This document shows positions 25,845 through 33,688 of a DNA stretch of 34,926 bases, piece after piece. Source of the DNA: a virus. Its lineage: Duplodnaviria > Caudoviricetes. Both the position numbers and the translations under genes were made by a program. Position 1 is the stretch's first letter. Each line of letters starts with the position of its first letter. Where the stretch lies: positions 1 to 34,926 of IMG/VR virus record IMGVR_UViG_3300017644_000109; one strand, given 5' to 3'. The notes beneath the pieces were generated by a model, which made no database searches, was not told where the DNA came from, and worked only from the letters and a program-made list of their open reading frames with translations.

Positions 25845-26372
25845 ATGGTAGAAAAGGGGTTAGGGTCGATGCTCGCTACGGGAAGCGGCATCATTCAAGT
25901 GGCAGGCGATTTGTCGGTGGTCCTTACGGCGGCACCGACAGAGTTGGGACAGGACACTGCTGCTGCGAAGCTGTCGCAGGAAGAACGCTTGCAGCTCTCA
26001 GTGCTTACCGATGAAGTGGTCGCTGCTGAGGCGGGTCTAGTGACCGCAAAGGTCGTGCGATCAGCCCTGAACGCGCACATCGGTGTCAAGACCGTCGCAG
26101 CCATGACATCCGCAGACTTTCCAAAAGCCACGCTGTATTTAAGCGGGTGGAAAGCATGTGCGGCCGGTAAGGAAATCTCGTCCGACGCCGCTGTTGCGCA
26201 AGTTCTTCGCATGTGGGCGATCGTGCCAGGCCTACGTGGAACCGTGACTGAGTTCACCAGGGCGACATTTCAACGCGAAATGCTCAAGGGAATGAGCCCT
26301 TGGGAGTTGCGTACAACGCTGTCGTATTGCATGACTAAGTGGCAGGCGTACTGGGAGCAAAGAAATGCTTAA
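25845..26372 (+). CDS. Hypothetical protein: N-terminal motif shared with repressor, ORF6C-like helical domain
   Basis: MLATGSGIIQVAGD followed by LSQEER.QL..L...V.....V..AL....GV......DF..A..YL..W; start may be GTG 25842. Confidence 0.65.
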   Translation: MVEKGLGSMLATGSGIIQVAGDLSVVLTAAPTELGQDTAAAKLSQEERLQLSVLTDEVVAAEAGLVTAKVVRSALNAHIGVKTVAAMTSADFPKATLYLSGWKACAAGKEISSDAAVAQVLRMWAIVPGLRGTVTEFTRATFQREMLKGMSPWELRTTLSYCMTKWQAYWEQRNA

Positions 26373-26787
26373 GCAATGCGCTGTCCTATGCGCTGCCTTG
26401 AGCGTTGCCCAAGGTGGCCACGCGGCCGAATCCGCGGCGTACAAGCTGGCCTCCATAGACGCGGGCCAGTTGGTCGACAAGAGCGGAGTTGAGGTGAAGC
26501 GAGCCGAGGCCGCATTGACGAGCGTCGCTGCCGTATGCGGGGATGCGTCACCGTCCGTATTGGCTGGGCGGGCCGTCACTGTTGCGAATATGCTCATGAA
26601 GGATGGCATCTATGCCAAGCCAGTTGATATCCTTGAAGGGGCCTACGCAGTTTTTGCCGGGAAGAAGGGCAAGCACGATTGCACCGATTTGTTCGCACGA
26701 TATGCGCAAACGAGAAAGGACCTCGGCTATTCCCACTCTCAAGCAGTTGCGTCTTGGCGCGTGCTCCAAAATGCAGCGTCTAAGTGA
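26365..26787 (+). CDS. Exported hypothetical protein
   Basis: Signal-peptide-like N-terminus ending GHA-A; two Cys in the mature part. Confidence 0.65.
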   Translation: MLKQCAVLCAALSVAQGGHAAESAAYKLASIDAGQLVDKSGVEVKRAEAALTSVAAVCGDASPSVLAGRAVTVANMLMKDGIYAKPVDILEGAYAVFAGKKGKHDCTDLFARYAQTRKDLGYSHSQAVASWRVLQNAASK

Positions 26788-26811
26788 CCTCTCTCAGTAA
26801 GCGACTGATAG

Positions 26812-27450
26812 ATGAAATCGTTGCTGTTCGAAATCATTGCCTGGTTCATGCTGGCGTCGTGTGTGATGTCTATGGGCATGGCGGTCTACAGCGGCTTGGC
26901 TTTTCGTCGCTTTCGCAATTGGTACGAAAGAAAAGGCTATGCCCTTCCCAGGTCGCGCGCTCGCGCGTTTTGGGGGTTTCTGGGGCTGAGCGCACTGTGC
27001 CTCGTGCTCACTGTTTTCTTGATGCTTGCGGCATCAACCCCGGATGAAAATCTGGAGCTGGTGCCGGCTTCGTCGGAAAAGCGTATGCCGGTGCCAGAAA
27101 GCGAGCTAGATGCGCTGACGCAATCCACCGCCAAGCTTCTTAGCAATGTGGACGTATTCCCTCTCGCACGTCCTGATCTGATGCGACACGAGCCGCTGAC
27201 TTACTACCGGGCATTCGACAACCCGATCACAGAGATGTTGACTCGCTGGGAACCGCTTGCGTTTAGCGACGATATCCGGGTGATATGCCGCGAAGCGCTT
27301 GCTCAGCTGCAGATTCTTGGAATGGCTGTCCATGGCGGGCGAACGCCTGAGAAGTACGTTGAGGAGGATCGCGCCGCGTATCTGAACCTCAAACGGCGCT
27401 GCAAGGCGGCGGCCGCTGGCGATATCGCCGAAGCAGAGCGCCGCCAATAG
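26812..27450 (+). CDS. Membrane protein (two TM segments plus soluble C-terminal domain)
   Basis: Two hydrophobic stretches separated by an Arg-rich loop. Confidence 0.7.
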   Translation: MKSLLFEIIAWFMLASCVMSMGMAVYSGLAFRRFRNWYERKGYALPRSRARAFWGFLGLSALCLVLTVFLMLAASTPDENLELVPASSEKRMPVPESELDALTQSTAKLLSNVDVFPLARPDLMRHEPLTYYRAFDNPITEMLTRWEPLAFSDDIRVICREALAQLQILGMAVHGGRTPEKYVEEDRAAYLNLKRRCKAAAAGDIAEAERRQ

Positions 27451-27474
27451 GGCGGACTTTCTCGAGCCCGGCGA

Positions 27475-27520
27475 TTGTGAAACGCTTCATAAATCGCTAA
27501 CCGTCACTCGCCCGTAACCT
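27475..27520 (+). promoter_or_regulatory. Putative late promoter for lysis/packaging operon
   Basis: TTGTGAA-ACGC-TTCATAA, 24 nt from TTCAT to TAACCT (27515-27520). Confidence 0.65.
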
Positions 27521-27579
27521 GACGACTCAGGTTACGGGTGCCACCGACACAGAGTGCACCCTGTTTTTTGGAGTGCTCT

Positions 27580-27897
27580 GTGAAGGTCCCTCAGCTCAAG
27601 GCCCCGCGCCTTTCTCTCTGGCTGGTCGTCAGCATCGTGCTGGCGCTCTTGGCCTACGCCACCCGGCAGTCCGAAGCGCTGCTGTCCATCACGTTCTACA
27701 AGGCGCACCTCATGTCGCTTGGCGGCTGGGGCGGCTACTGGTTGGATCGAATGATCTTCCCGTACGCGCGGCCGCACGTCTTTCTCATTCGCCAGGCGGG
27801 CGACGATCCGTATATCTCGGACAGCTGCAGGGCTGCGTGCTTGCGCCGGGCGATCATCGTTGCCGCGAGCCTGATCTGCGTTGGGTTGGCAGCATGA
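27580..27897 (+). CDS. Holin (2/3-TM putative holin family)
   Basis: YK..L.SLGGW.GYWLDR..FPYARP and LRRAIIV motifs; GGAG then GTG at 27580. Confidence 0.88.
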   Translation: MKVPQLKAPRLSLWLVVSIVLALLAYATRQSEALLSITFYKAHLMSLGGWGGYWLDRMIFPYARPHVFLIRQAGDDPYISDSCRAACLRRAIIVAASLICVGLAA

Positions 27898-28598
27898 AGC
27901 CCTGGCATCGCTGTTCCTGGTCGACGATGACCCGCGGCGAGCGCGCGCGGCGTTTCCTCTTCGGCTTCCTGCTGGACACGGCATACGAGGCGGTCAAGCT
28001 GGTCATCGCGTTCGTGCTGGCCTGCATGGTGCTGCTCGCGTTGGTGCCCTCGCAAGTCAATGCGCAGGTGCCTGCTGACGCCGCGCGCCACAAGCTTGAA
28101 CTGCGGCGCCAGGCGCAGCTCGTTTGGGGTCTGGAAGCGCCTGTGGCGACCTTCGCGGGTCAGATCCACCAGGAGAGCCATTGGCGCGCCGACGCTCGCA
28201 GCCCGGTCGGCGCACAGGGCCTGTCTCAGTTCATGCCGGCGACGGCCCGCTGGATCAGCGGCGCCTACGCTGGCCTCGCGGATAACGCCCCGTTCAATCC
28301 GACCTGGGCAATCCGTGCGCTGGTGACCTACGACAAGCACCTCTACGACCGCGTCAAGGCAGCGAATCACTGTGAGCGCATGGCGTTTGCCCTGGCTGGA
28401 TACAACGGCGGGCTCGGCTGGGTCCACGAGCGCCAGAAGCTGTCTGCGGAGCCGATGCGCTGCCTGGGCAAGACCTGCGATATCAACCCCGGTATCCATC
28501 CCGCCAATCAGCGCGAGAACGCGGACTATCCGCGCCGAATCCTGCTGAAGCACGAGCCGATGTATGTGCGCGCCGGCTGGGGTAAGGGGAGCTGCTGA
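27894..28598 (+). CDS. Endolysin, lytic transglycosylase (SLT) with N-terminal hydrophobic segment
   Basis: QIHQESHW, SPVGAQGLSQFMPAT, YNGGLGWV and EN.DYP..I motifs; ATGA overlap with holin. Confidence 0.92.
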   Translation: MKPWHRCSWSTMTRGERARRFLFGFLLDTAYEAVKLVIAFVLACMVLLALVPSQVNAQVPADAARHKLELRRQAQLVWGLEAPVATFAGQIHQESHWRADARSPVGAQGLSQFMPATARWISGAYAGLADNAPFNPTWAIRALVTYDKHLYDRVKAANHCERMAFALAGYNGGLGWVHERQKLSAEPMRCLGKTCDINPGIHPANQRENADYPRRILLKHEPMYVRAGWGKGSC

Positions 28599-29068
28599 TG
28601 CTCAGCACTGCCGCCCTCACCAGCGAGCTGACCGCACGCGTTCGTGTCGTTGTCATCGCCGCGGCCATTGTGCTGGCGGCCACGCACACCGCCGCCTATC
28701 TGGTCGGGGTTGCGAACGGCAAAACCAGCGCTGCCAAGGCCGATGTAGCGGCAGTGGAGCGCCGGCATCAGCAGGACATCCAGCGCATCGGCAAGGACAT
28801 CAAACGCGGCCAGGACACTGCCAAGGCCGTGGACGCCTCCGTGCAGAAGACAGACCGCTATTTCAACCGATTGAACCAGGACGCCCAGACCGATGCGCAC
28901 GCCTCGATTGACGATTTTGAGCTGCCTGCTGACCGCCTGCGCCGCTGGCGCGCCGCCAATGCCGGACCCTTTGCTGGTGCCTCCGCCCCCGAATCTGACG
29001 GCACAGCCGGACCCGCTTCCTCAGCCCGCGAGCGGCAAGCCGAAAGACTTGGAGGCGAACCACCGTGA
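28598..29068 (+). CDS. Inner-membrane spanin (Rz-like)
   Basis: N-terminal TM segment plus coiled coil; follows the endolysin. Confidence 0.75.
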   Translation: MLSTAALTSELTARVRVVVIAAAIVLAATHTAAYLVGVANGKTSAAKADVAAVERRHQQDIQRIGKDIKRGQDTAKAVDASVQKTDRYFNRLNQDAQTDAHASIDDFELPADRLRRWRAANAGPFAGASAPESDGTAGPASSARERQAERLGGEPP

Positions 29069-29189
29069 TGTGGCGCGCGCCTATTTCCGTCTCGCCGGCC
29101 GATTTTGCGGCTTGCTGGCCTTCTACCAGGTCATGCCGGACGGTTGCGTGCCGTACCTCTTCACCGATAGCGAACCACCACATGAATGA
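28893..29189 (+). CDS. Outer-membrane spanin lipoprotein (Rz1-like)
   Basis: Lipobox LLTAC, Pro-rich, overlaps the i-spanin in another frame. Confidence 0.8.
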   Translation: MRTPRLTILSCLLTACAAGAPPMPDPLLVPPPPNLTAQPDPLPQPASGKPKDLEANHRDVARAYFRLAGRFCGLLAFYQVMPDGCVPYLFTDSEPPHE

Positions 29190-29403
29190 ACGTCAGTTCG
29201 AGCTGGCGCAGCAACTGGAGCAGGCAGAGCGCGACGCCGCCATTCGGCTGGTGCGGGCGCAATGCGAAGGGGCTGGGACGGACGAATGCATGGATTGCGG
29301 CGGGGTTATCCCCATCGCGCGGCGCCAGCTGGTGCCAAACGCCACGCGCTGCACGCCGTGTCAGTCGCGTATTGAAACGAGAAAACCGGGATGGGGTCGA
29401 TGA
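29182..29403 (+). CDS. TraR/DksA C4 zinc-finger protein
   Basis: CMDCGGVIPIARR..VP...RCTPCQ. Confidence 0.9.
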   Translation: MNERQFELAQQLEQAERDAAIRLVRAQCEGAGTDECMDCGGVIPIARRQLVPNATRCTPCQSRIETRKPGWGR

Positions 29404-29690
29404 GCAACGAAGACATGAACGACAAGGTGCTGCTGGCGCTGGGCACGATTCAGGGCGAGCTGCGGGGCATCCGCGATATGGTTCAACACGGCCAGCATGC
29501 GACGAACCAGCGCATTGACGACCTGAAGCAGACGATCACGGACCGCGTGGACGGCCTGGAAGATCGCGTCACCCGTCTGGAAGGCGATCACGGCAAGCTG
29601 ATGGTGAAGACCGCCAGCCTGGGCGGCATTGCGGGCGGCGCCATGACCGCCTTGGTCGAGCTGATCCGCTACATGGGCAAGGGGGGCTGA
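29400..29690 (+). CDS. Coiled-coil protein with C-terminal hydrophobic segment
   Basis: Coupled by ATGA and TGATG overlaps; heptad region followed by a Gly/Ala-rich helix. Confidence 0.7.
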   Translation: MSNEDMNDKVLLALGTIQGELRGIRDMVQHGQHATNQRIDDLKQTITDRVDGLEDRVTRLEGDHGKLMVKTASLGGIAGGAMTALVELIRYMGKGG

Positions 29691-30190
29691 TGGCGCACGA
29701 TCCGCGCATCCGGGGCCAGCTCCGCGCGAAGTATGTCCAGGGCATGCCGCTGACCACCGCGGCCGAGCTGGTGAGCGTCAGCTACCAGACCGCTCGCAAC
29801 TGGAAGCGTGCGGCCAAAGAGCAAGGCGACGATTGGGATATCGCCCGTGCCGCGCAGCGTATGTCGCGCAGCAGCGTAGACAGCATGACTGGCCAGGTCG
29901 TGGAGGAAATGACCGTCCAGTTTCTCGCGACCCTGGAAGAGGTCAAAGCCAACAAGCAGCTGCAGCCATCGGTAAAGGCGGACATCCTGGCTCGCCTTTC
30001 CGACAGCTTCATCAAGGTGGTGAACGCTGCCGGTCGATCCAATCCCAAGCTGGCATCGCTGTCGATCTGCATGGACCTGCTGCGCGATCTGTCGCAGTTC
30101 ATTCAGCTGCATTTCCCCAAGGAACACACCGCGTTCATCGACATCCTGGAAGTGTTCGGCCAGGAAGTCGCCCGGAAGTACGCCGACTGA
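29690..30190 (+). CDS. DUF1804 family protein, probable terminase small subunit
   Basis: MAH...R..LR..YV, HTH, WK..A...GDDWD.AR; directly before terL. Confidence 0.8.
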   Translation: MAHDPRIRGQLRAKYVQGMPLTTAAELVSVSYQTARNWKRAAKEQGDDWDIARAAQRMSRSSVDSMTGQVVEEMTVQFLATLEEVKANKQLQPSVKADILARLSDSFIKVVNAAGRSNPKLASLSICMDLLRDLSQFIQLHFPKEHTAFIDILEVFGQEVARKYAD

Positions 30191-30191
30191 C

Positions 30192-31808
30192 ATGGCAAAG
30201 CGCTCTACCGCCGCCGCCCAGTTCCTGCAGGAGCTGATGGCGTTCACCGAAGATCAGCGCCGGCTGATCGAGGCATCCTGCGATGGCTTTTCGCCGGACG
30301 ACGCCGCTCGCGCCCAGCGGCGCGCCCGCGTGCTCGCAGGCGACTACCGCTTCTTCTTCTACACCTACTTTCCGCACTACAGCAGCACCCGCGAGCCGTC
30401 GGTGTTCCACGAATGGTGCTTCGACAACCTACCGTCACGGATCGACGCGCCGCGCGGCAAGCGCGTCAACATTTCCGCACCTCGCGGCGAGGCCAAATCA
30501 ACCCTGGTGACGCAGGTGTTCACCTTGCTGTGCATCATCCGGCAGAGCAAGCACTACATCCCGATTGTGATGGACAGCCAGGATCAGGCGCAGATGATGC
30601 TGGAAGCCATCAAGGTGGAGCTGACCGACAATCCCCGCTTGGCGATGGACTTTCCCGAGCATGTCGGCAAAGGCCGCGTGTGGAATGTGGGCGTCGCGCT
30701 GACGGCGACCGATATCAAGCTGCAGGCGTTCGGCTCGGGCAAGCGCATGCGCGGCATGCGCCATGGACCGTACCGCCCCGACCTGGTGCTGCTCGACGAC
30801 ATCGAGAACGATGAGAACGTCCAGCAAAAGGCCCAGCGCGACAAGCTGGAGCGCTGGCTGAAAAAGGTCGTCATGCCATTGGGGCCGCCGGATGGCTCCA
30901 TGGACATCCTGTACCTCAACACCATCCTGCACTACGACGGCGTCGCCAACCGCGTGCACAACAGTCCGCTGTGGGAGTCGGTCAAATTCCGCGCCGTCAT
31001 CGAATGGCCGGACCGGCTTGACCTGTGGCAGCGCTGGGAAGAGCTGTTCCTGAACGAAGGCGAGGAAAAGGCAGACCGCTATTACGCCGAGCGCAAGGTG
31101 GAAATGGATGCTGGCGCCGTTGTCTCGTGGCCGTCGATGCGGCCGCTGGTCGAGCTGATGAAGCTGCGGGCGAACGACCACCACGCATTTGACTGCGAGT
31201 ATCAGAACGACCCGTCGAACGACGACGGCGCGCCGTTCCACAAGATCCATTTTTGGGTGCAACCGGCGCACGACTGGATTTTCTTCGGCGCGCACGATCC
31301 GTCGATGGGCAAGTTCAACAAGGGGCGAGACCCCAGTGCCACGCTGGTCGGCGGCTTGAGCCGCGCCACCGGCGTGCTGGACGTGGTGGAGGCCATTGTT
31401 TCGCGGCGCGTTCCCGATGTCCAAATCATCGATATCACGAGGCTGCAGGAAGAGTATCGCTGCCTGGTGTGGGGCATCGAAACCGTCCAATTCCAAGAGT
31501 TCTTCAAGGATGAGCTGGTCAAGCGGTCCCGTGCTGGAGGCGTTCCCGTGCCGGCGCGCGGCGTCAAGCCGGGCGACGACAAGGACTTGCGAATTCTGTC
31601 CCTCCAGCCGCACGTCGTGAACGGCACGGTGCGCTCGCACCCCAAGCACACCGTGCTCAACGAGCAGCTGCGCTATTACCCCGAGGCTGCCCATGACGAC
31701 GGCCCGGATGCACTGCAAATTCTCTTCATGCTGGCCTATTCGGGCTTCGGGCGTGTCATTCCGCGAGTTATCACAGGCAAACGAAAGGCATTCGGCCATG
31801 GCGCTTAG
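30192..31808 (+). CDS. terL: Terminase large subunit
   Basis: APRGEAKST, RPDLVLLDDIEND, DPSMG and HDDGPDAL motifs. Confidence 0.95.
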   Translation: MAKRSTAAAQFLQELMAFTEDQRRLIEASCDGFSPDDAARAQRRARVLAGDYRFFFYTYFPHYSSTREPSVFHEWCFDNLPSRIDAPRGKRVNISAPRGEAKSTLVTQVFTLLCIIRQSKHYIPIVMDSQDQAQMMLEAIKVELTDNPRLAMDFPEHVGKGRVWNVGVALTATDIKLQAFGSGKRMRGMRHGPYRPDLVLLDDIENDENVQQKAQRDKLERWLKKVVMPLGPPDGSMDILYLNTILHYDGVANRVHNSPLWESVKFRAVIEWPDRLDLWQRWEELFLNEGEEKADRYYAERKVEMDAGAVVSWPSMRPLVELMKLRANDHHAFDCEYQNDPSNDDGAPFHKIHFWVQPAHDWIFFGAHDPSMGKFNKGRDPSATLVGGLSRATGVLDVVEAIVSRRVPDVQIIDITRLQEEYRCLVWGIETVQFQEFFKDELVKRSRAGGVPVPARGVKPGDDKDLRILSLQPHVVNGTVRSHPKHTVLNEQLRYYPEAAHDDGPDALQILFMLAYSGFGRVIPRVITGKRKAFGHGA

Positions 31809-33354
31809 TCCGTTCAACATCAAGAATCTGGTGCGCTCAGTGCGCACTGTCCTGGGCAAGGAGGCGGCGGGCGTCGATAGCGATCCGAACTTCTTCAGCC
31901 GCCTGCATACCCTGCCCAATCCGGACCCAATTCTGCGAGCCATGGGCGTGGCCGACACGGTCTACGCGTCCATCATGGCGGACGCCCATGTCACCGGCGA
32001 AGTGCGCTCGATCCGCGGCGAGTTCCGTGGCATGGACTATCGCATCGTGACGTGGGCGGAGAAGGACGCGAAAGCGCAGAAGGCGCGGCTGTTGTGCGAG
32101 CAATGGATGCAGCGGTTTGCGCCCAACCCGACGGCAGACTGGCTGGAGGTCATGTGGCAGATGCTGTCGGCCATCTTTACCGGCTTCGCGGTGCACGAGC
32201 TGGTGTGGGACGTCTGGGATGGCCACTACGTGCCGGTCAGGGTCATTGACCGGCCGAACCGGCGCTTCGCCTTCAACGCCGCTGCCGAGGTGCAGCTGAA
32301 GACCCGAGCGGCGCCGACGGGCGAAGCGGTGGAGCCGTATCGCTTTGTCGTTTCGCGTCACATGGCGACCATGGAGAACCCCTACGGCAAGGCACTGCTG
32401 TCGAGCTGCTTCTGGCCGTGGACGTTCAAGACCGGCGGGTGGCGGTACTTCGTCAAGTTCTGCGAGCGGCACGGGCTGCCGTGGCCGGTGGCGCGCTATG
32501 GCGCCGGCGCAACGAAGGAAGAGCAGGACGAACTGAGCGCGGCGATGGAGGCCATGCTGGACAGTGCCTATGCCGTGGTGCCGGAGGGCACCGGCGTCGA
32601 GCTGCTGATTGCCAAGACTTCCGGTTCGATGCTGCCGCAGGAGTCGCTGATTAATGCGGCCAACCGCGAGATGTCCAAGTGCCTGACCGGCCAAGCGATG
32701 ATCGCCGAGCTGCAAAGCGTGGGCGCCCGCGCGGCCACCGAAACGGCGATGAAGCGCCAGAGCGCCATCAACGACTCGGACCGCGATATCGCCTCGGCGA
32801 CGTTCTCGCGCATCTTTCGCTGGATCACGACCTTCAATTTTGGCGAGGAAGTACCGTCGCCGGAGTTGGAGTTCTTCCAGATCAGCGCCGCCGGCAAGGA
32901 CCGGGCCGAAACGTATCAGATCGCCGCGCAGATGGGCGCAAAGCCGTCGCGCACGGCCATGCTCGAGGAACTGAACATTCCGCAGGCCGTGGACGCGCAG
33001 GATGCCCTGTTGCCGATGGCAAGAGCAGGCTCGAAGCCCGTTGAGTTCGCGGCGCCGGATAGCGCAGTGTCGCTGGTGGCAGCCGCCCAGGCCGAGGACG
33101 ACCGTATTGACCAGGCGTCGCAGGCGGCCGACGCCGCGCTGGAAGCCGCCATCATCGAACCGATCGCCCGCATGCTCGCCCAGGCCGAGCGTGAGGGGAA
33201 GTCCCTGGCGGAGGTCCAGGACCAGTTGGTGGAGCTGGTCGGTCATATCGACAACGCTGCCTTGATCGACCTGACCCGGCAGGCACTCGACTGGTCATTC
33301 ACGCAGGGCTATGTCGATCAAACGGCCGATAACAGCGATTCGACGGCCGTTTGA
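31798..33354 (+). CDS. Portal protein (DUF935, Mu gp29-like)
   Basis: GF.V.E.VW, NPYG.ALL..CFWP..FK, F.E..G.P and SK..TGQ motifs. Confidence 0.92.
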   Translation: MALSPFNIKNLVRSVRTVLGKEAAGVDSDPNFFSRLHTLPNPDPILRAMGVADTVYASIMADAHVTGEVRSIRGEFRGMDYRIVTWAEKDAKAQKARLLCEQWMQRFAPNPTADWLEVMWQMLSAIFTGFAVHELVWDVWDGHYVPVRVIDRPNRRFAFNAAAEVQLKTRAAPTGEAVEPYRFVVSRHMATMENPYGKALLSSCFWPWTFKTGGWRYFVKFCERHGLPWPVARYGAGATKEEQDELSAAMEAMLDSAYAVVPEGTGVELLIAKTSGSMLPQESLINAANREMSKCLTGQAMIAELQSVGARAATETAMKRQSAINDSDRDIASATFSRIFRWITTFNFGEEVPSPELEFFQISAAGKDRAETYQIAAQMGAKPSRTAMLEELNIPQAVDAQDALLPMARAGSKPVEFAAPDSAVSLVAAAQAEDDRIDQASQAADAALEAAIIEPIARMLAQAEREGKSLAEVQDQLVELVGHIDNAALIDLTRQALDWSFTQGYVDQTADNSDSTAV

Positions 33355-33376
33355 AGGCCATCTATTGGAGGTTCAA

Positions 33377-33688
33377 ATGACACCGTTTGCATGGTTCGGC
33401 GCGGCTGTGGCGGCCGTGGTTGCCCTGGCGGCATTGGCCGTAGCGGTCAGCGTTGCGGCTGACAGCATCGGCAAGCTATGGGATCGCTGGGAACGCCGTC
33501 ACGAAGAACTGGTGATCCGGCGAGCGGGGAGCCGACTTGCCCAGGAATGCCATTGGCTGAGCGAGAGCGACGCGGCCATGGACCTGCTCCAGGCACTGGC
33601 CACCGCCATGCGCAACAGCGGCACGTGGGATATCAACACCGTGCGGGAACGGTGGCGTGAGCTGCAGGCGGGTGGCGCTAAATGGTAA
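33377..33688 (+). CDS. Hypothetical membrane-anchored protein
   Basis: GGAGG RBS, N-terminal TM helix; lies between portal and gpF. Confidence 0.7.
   Translation: MTPFAWFGAAVAAVVALAALAVAVSVAADSIGKLWDRWERRHEELVIRRAGSRLAQECHWLSESDAAMDLLQALATAMRNSGTWDINTVRERWRELQAGGAKW

Noticed and set aside
29182-29403. TraR/DksA gene in the lysis cassette as a novelty
   Set aside because: Common in Mu-like and P2-like phages; recorded only as a feature
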